The notes below the pieces were generated by a model. The model was not told the DNA's origin. It saw nothing but the letters and a program-made list of their open reading frames with translations, and did no database searches. This document shows positions 60,301 to 64,000 of a stretch of 64,000 bases of DNA, one piece after another. The translations under genes were made by a program, and so were the position numbers. The number at the start of each line of letters is the position of its first letter. Positions within the stretch are counted from its first letter, which is position 1. Origin of the DNA: Leucoraja ocellata. Its lineage: Eukaryota. The stretch lies in contig JAWMAR010000079.1 in assembly GCA_036785375.1 (NCBI GenBank), positions 372,001 to 436,000 on the forward strand, in the 5' to 3' direction.

Positions 60301-63300
60301 AAACGTAAATGTAATTTATTGGGATTTTGTGATAGACCAACACAAAGTGGCGTATAATTGTGAAGTGGAAGGAAAATGATACATGGTTTTTTTTTACAAA
60401 TACAAATAAAAAACTGAAAAGTGTGGCGTGCAAAAGTATTCACATGTTGAGGGTCAGATTAGTGAAGATTTAATCCTGTGGTAGAATGGGTTTTATAAAC
60501 AAATCATCCAACCCTTATTCAAGTTCCTCCACTTCATCTGTTCCTAAGTACCCTACACACTTAGATTGTATGAAGAGCACGGTCATGACGCAGAGATCAA
60601 CAGATTATAAAAAATAGTTTATAGTTATTTTTATTGACCGTTTAATAAAACATCATGGATTGAAGTAGCTTCATTTTAACGATTGCCGTGCGAATTATAA
60701 TCTCCATGTACAACAGCTGAAGGAACTTCACAGACTTAGTACAACAGTTTGGAGGAAAGCACTGCACTCTGTCAACTTTACAGTTGTGAAGTAATACCAT
60801 CAATATAAATGTTTAAGAAAGAACTGCAGATGCTGGAAAATCGAAGGTAGACCAAAATGCTGGAGAAACTCAGCGGGTGAGGCAGCATCTATGGAGCGAA
60901 GGAAATGAGCGATGTTTCAGGTCCGAAGAAGGGTCTCGACCCGAAACGTTGCTTATTTCCTTTGCTCCATAGATGCTGCCTCACCCACTGAGTTTCTCCA
61001 GCATTTTTGTCTACCATCAATATAAATATTGTGTTTTGCAGCATGCAAACTTTACTATTTACAGTAATACCATTTTGAAGGATTAATGTCTAATGTTTAG
61101 CTTCTCATATTTTGAATTCCCTTTCTACAGTGGGTCTCAACCAATATTCTGACATGACCTTCAGTGAGTTTAAGACGCTGTACTTGATGAAAGTACCACA
61201 GGTAACAGCTTCTTTCTTTCTTTGCTGCTAACTTTCTACCTGGATTTCATGCTAATTCACTGCCTTCAAGTTTCTCTGCCCATTACTTATGGTTTCCCTT
61301 AAAACAGGCACCATTGTGAAAAGATAAGGTCACTATAGTAATTGGATATCCATGTGTAAAACACACAAAAAAATATAGAGCAAGTCAAAAATTAATGGCA
61401 ACTACAGAGGGTTGTGACAGTATGTTTAACCTCAAATGAACTTTGTCTCCTACGCTTGCTCCTTAAGTTGTACAGTTTTCTTTTGAAATGCTTCTCTGGT
61501 GGGCACCTCTCTTGTCTCTAGTTTAGATGATCATGAGTTCATTACATGAACACGAGTCCAGCTACATATACAATCAATGTCAACATTCCCGATCCCAATA
61601 CAATGGAGAGCATTAGAAGTACTATTGATTAGATTTTCTTTAACCAAATTCAATCCACCATTACACATGGTCAGAAGATGAAACAACGCAATTTCAAAAA
61701 TAAAACCCACAGCCCTGGCCCCTACTCACAACTTTATCACATTGCCATCTCCAAATCGGCTGCTGCCTTTCCTACAAAGCATTTTGAGACATCCCTAATG
61801 AAAGGTGCTTTGGAAATGCAAATGCTTTCTTTCACTTGCTCTATAGTTGGTTTTCAAGCATTCATGGCTCATTCATCGACATACTGATTTAAATCCTCTG
61901 TCGTGATATTGTATAGAAATTACCAGAGGTATGCTGTATATATGTATATATTTTATATATATATTTTCCCAGTTGTGTGGTTATTGCAGTATCTTATGTT
62001 GTTTCAGTAGTAACCAACTAACCAGGTTGTACAAGGCAGGGAGCTTGTCAAATGTGTATATAATATCTTCATAATTATGTTAACAAGAACATTATTGTAC
62101 TTGACAGTGGAGAAACTCTTTAAAACTAACAGGATTATCTTGAACTTAAGAGTTGATTCAACATATGCTATCGCATGAAACATCCAAGTGCCTCACTAGA
62201 AAGAAAAGTGCAATAGTGCGGGTAGGATGGGATGCAGAATGATTCAAGGTATCATCTTTCAAATGAGATCTTAAACTGTTCCCCAGGCCATCCTCCTTCT
62301 CAGTTGCAGACAATAGATTCCAAGGCACTATTTGCAGCATGTTCCCCCAGTGGCAAAGTGGACATTTGATGCCATTGTTGAACTTCCCCAATATATAGAT
62401 GGATAGGACCGGTTTGGAGGGATATGGACCCAATGCGGGCAGATGGAATTAGTGTAGCTGGGACATGTTGCTGGTGTGGGCAAGTTGGGCTGAAAGGCCT
62501 GTTTTTACACTGTATCACTCTATGACTCTATTAGGAACTAACACTTGTCACTGAGCTAAAGAAAATAAAGTTTGATATACATCTGAGTGATATGCCTGTA
62601 GGTACTACCCTGATGACAAGGTCTGTCATGACAAAAGGGGCTTCTATCTATAATGCGGGGAAAGATTGACAGCGGGCTAAACCATGCCACCTTCATTAGC
62701 TTGATTGTCAAAACAGTTGACCTCTTCAAAATATTCCCAAACTTTTCAGAAACATCTCAAATTTTAGCAAAACAAAGGAAAAAGTCAGAAGTAAAGATTC
62801 TAAAATGCTTACATTTCTTAACATTATAAAAACAAAAAAAATGAAATGTTAAAGATTTAAAAAATGTTAAGATTATATGGTTTTACGTAAATAACATATG
62901 TATGTCTTTGTATAATATCACTTGTCCAAGGCTTTTCCATTCAAGCCACTGGGTTTCCTGGTAATATTTCCTGTTTTCAGGGAAGCTAGTCTGTTTCTTT
63001 GTGGTCTTCATATGGAGCCTATAGTTGGAGCTGGGGGCTTTCCAGTGCCAAATTGCTTGATGGGGCACTAGTTCTTCTATTCACACATGTACAGAAGCCT
63101 TGAGCTGGAATGCTGGAGTCCTTGCTGTAAACTTCCTAGAAAATCCAAGCCCTAAATACAAAATTAAAATATTCCAAGTGCTGGGAATCTGAAATGAAGA
63201 GCTGCGTTCCAGACTGCAGTGAATAACTATCCTCATGCCTTGATAGCATTGGGTTTATCTTTGCAAAATATAAATTGTTCCCTCTGTCTCATAGAACTGC

Positions 63301-63399
63301 TCGGCTACACGAGGGAACCATTACTCAAAACACGGCCCGTTACCAAAATCCATTGATTGGAGACAGAAAGGAAAATTTGTCACGCCCGTAAAAAACCAG
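54254..63399 (+). CDS. CTSH: Pro-cathepsin H, multi-exon gene span (coding exons 1-5; continues past window end)
   Basis: Five exons splice in frame (387 nt): signal peptide, I29 propeptide with ERFNIN and GxNx(F/Y)xD motifs, cathepsin-H mini-chain (V)PQNCSAT, and mature N-terminus [20 protein letters not shown]. Confidence 0.95.
54314..54355 (+). repeat. 21-bp tandem duplication containing the CTSH exon 1 splice donor
   Basis: ttttctttcaaaggtaaggca / ttttctttcaaaggtaaggaa. Confidence 0.95.
55847..56025 (+). mobile_element. V-SINE (HE1-like) 5' part
   Basis: gttgctgcctcaaagtgccagagatctggggttcgatc (B-box-like GTTCGA), tgtggagtttgcacattctccc core. Confidence 0.75.
56026..56945 (+). mobile_element. 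L2-clade LINE internal RT fragment
   Basis: LKVHNDLL...[44 protein letters not shown]...[13 protein letters not shown]. Confidence 0.9.
57203..57234 (+). CDS. CTSH: CTSH exon 2
   Basis: Long pyrimidine tract, cag|AAATA...ATCATG|gtaat; [11 protein letters not shown] (FxxWM start of I29); 32 nt. Confidence 0.9.
57700..58130 (-). mobile_element. Decayed 3' part of a Penelope-like retroelement (GIY-YIG C-terminal region)
   Basis: Minus strand near 57935-57980 reads [15 protein letters not shown], resembling the LgtLqPsGLNieFN end of vertebrate PLE ORFs; heavily degraded. Confidence 0.4.
58609..58705 (-). mobile_element. Single-arm Penelope-like copy E nested in a V-SINE
   Basis: Arm homologous to copies A-D; flanked by a 15-bp imperfect duplication TCC(G/A)AAGA(T/G)GTGCAG (58594-58608 / 58706-58720). 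Confidence 0.7.
58666..58699 (-). ncRNA. Minimal type-I hammerhead ribozyme motif (PLE type), best-preserved copy
   Basis: Minus strand reads TGT-CTGAAGA-A-GGGT(CTCG)ACCC-GAA-ACGT-C-ACA: core, stem II, 3-bp stem I and GUC cleavage triplet all intact. Confidence 0.65.
59812..59945 (+). mobile_element. CR1 3' end fragment
   Basis: ggatatgggccaaatgcgggcaaatgg...gggctgaagggcctgtttccatgct. Confidence 0.75.
60113..60218 (+). CDS. CTSH: CTSH exon 3 (ERFNIN motif)
   Basis: cag|AACAAC...CGCA|gtgag; [35 protein letters not shown]; 106 nt. Confidence 0.94.
60238..60443 (+). mobile_element. Solo ~205-bp terminal inverted repeat of an IR/DR-type Tc1 transposon
   Basis: TA|CAGTGGCTTGCAAAAGTATTCA start; the direct repeat TGCAAAAGTATTCA recurs at the inner end; no partner TIR or transposase seen. 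Confidence 0.8.
60810..61015 (-). mobile_element. Palindromic Penelope-like element, copy D (CTSH intron 3)
   Basis: Fixed tail at left, inverted arms, TSD (TACC)ATCAATATAAA (60795-60809 / 61012-61026); plus-strand hammerhead at 60920-60953 with U4->C. Confidence 0.85.
61131..61201 (+). CDS. CTSH: CTSH exon 4
   Basis: cag|TGGGT...CCACAG|gtaac; [24 protein letters not shown]; 71 nt. Confidence 0.94.
62397..62530 (+). mobile_element. CR1 3' end fragment
   Basis: atggataggaccggtttggagggatatggacc...cactctatgactcta. Confidence 0.85.
63295..63399 (+). CDS. CTSH: CTSH exon 5 (mini-chain and mature N-terminus)
   Basis: tag|AACTGC...AACCAG|gtaaa; [35 protein letters not shown]; 105 nt. Confidence 0.95.
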
Positions 63400-63719
63400 G
63401 TAAAGACAAATGATTCACTCAATCAGGTAACAAAAAAACATAGTCAGTGGATGCTGGAAACCTGAAATAGAAACAAAATGCTGAAAGTATTAATCTGGTT
63501 ATACTGCATATATCGGGGAGAAACAGATATAACACATCTTTTTAATCAATTGCAGATAAGGATAAAGTACACAGTGTCTGTCAGCATTGTGTTGTTAGCT
63601 AATGACTTGGTGCTGAAGTGGATCCTAAAGCAAGATGCACATAAAGTAGTCTGATTTTACAGCCATGTCTCGTTACTCAGCAAAACATCTGTACAGCCAA
63701 CAGATGGCCAAAACTGGAG

Positions 63720-64000
63720 AAAAGCAGCAGTGAAGAAAGCGAATGGCATGTTGGCCTTTATAACAAGAGGAATCGAATATAGGAGCAAAGAGGTCCTTCT
63801 ACAGTTGTACAGAGCCCTATTCAGACCACACCTGGAGTTTTGTGTACAGTTTTGGTCCCCTAATTTGAGGAAGGACCTTCTTGCTATTGATGGAGTGCAG
63901 CGTAGGTTTACAAGGTTAATTCCCGGGATGGCGGGGCTGTCATATGCTGAGAGAATGGAGCAGCTGGGCTTGTACACTCTGGAGTTTAGAAGGATGAGAG
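63720..64000 (+). mobile_element. CR1 LINE RT C-terminal fragment (runs off window)
   Basis: [42 protein letters not shown]. Confidence 0.9.

Overview
Vertebrate nuclear DNA, most likely a cartilaginous fish such as a skate or ray (inferred from HE1-type V-SINEs, CR1 LINEs and the repeat landscape). The + strand carries 26 coding exons of RASGRF1 (12399..45489). They splice in one frame (3486 nt, 1161 aa plus stop); exon 1 lies upstream of the window. After ~8.8 kb come the first 5 coding exons of cathepsin H (CTSH, 54254..63399, continuing beyond the window). Introns and intergenic DNA hold CR1, Rex1/Babar, L2, RTE and Penelope-like fragments, SINEs, a CpG-rich MITE and a solo Tc1 terminal repeat; there is a 168-nt assembly gap. 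The most striking signal is a young family of ~100-220 bp elements, mostly palindromic. They have a fixed 35-39 nt tail, 11-16 bp target-site duplications and a minimal hammerhead-ribozyme motif of the Penelope-like-element type. Also notable: a 21-bp in-frame duplication of the CTSH exon 1 splice donor, a GC-AG intron and a perfect-Kozak internal ATG in RASGRF1. Exon boundaries were read by hand, repeat boundaries are approximate, and comparisons with human proteins are from memory.
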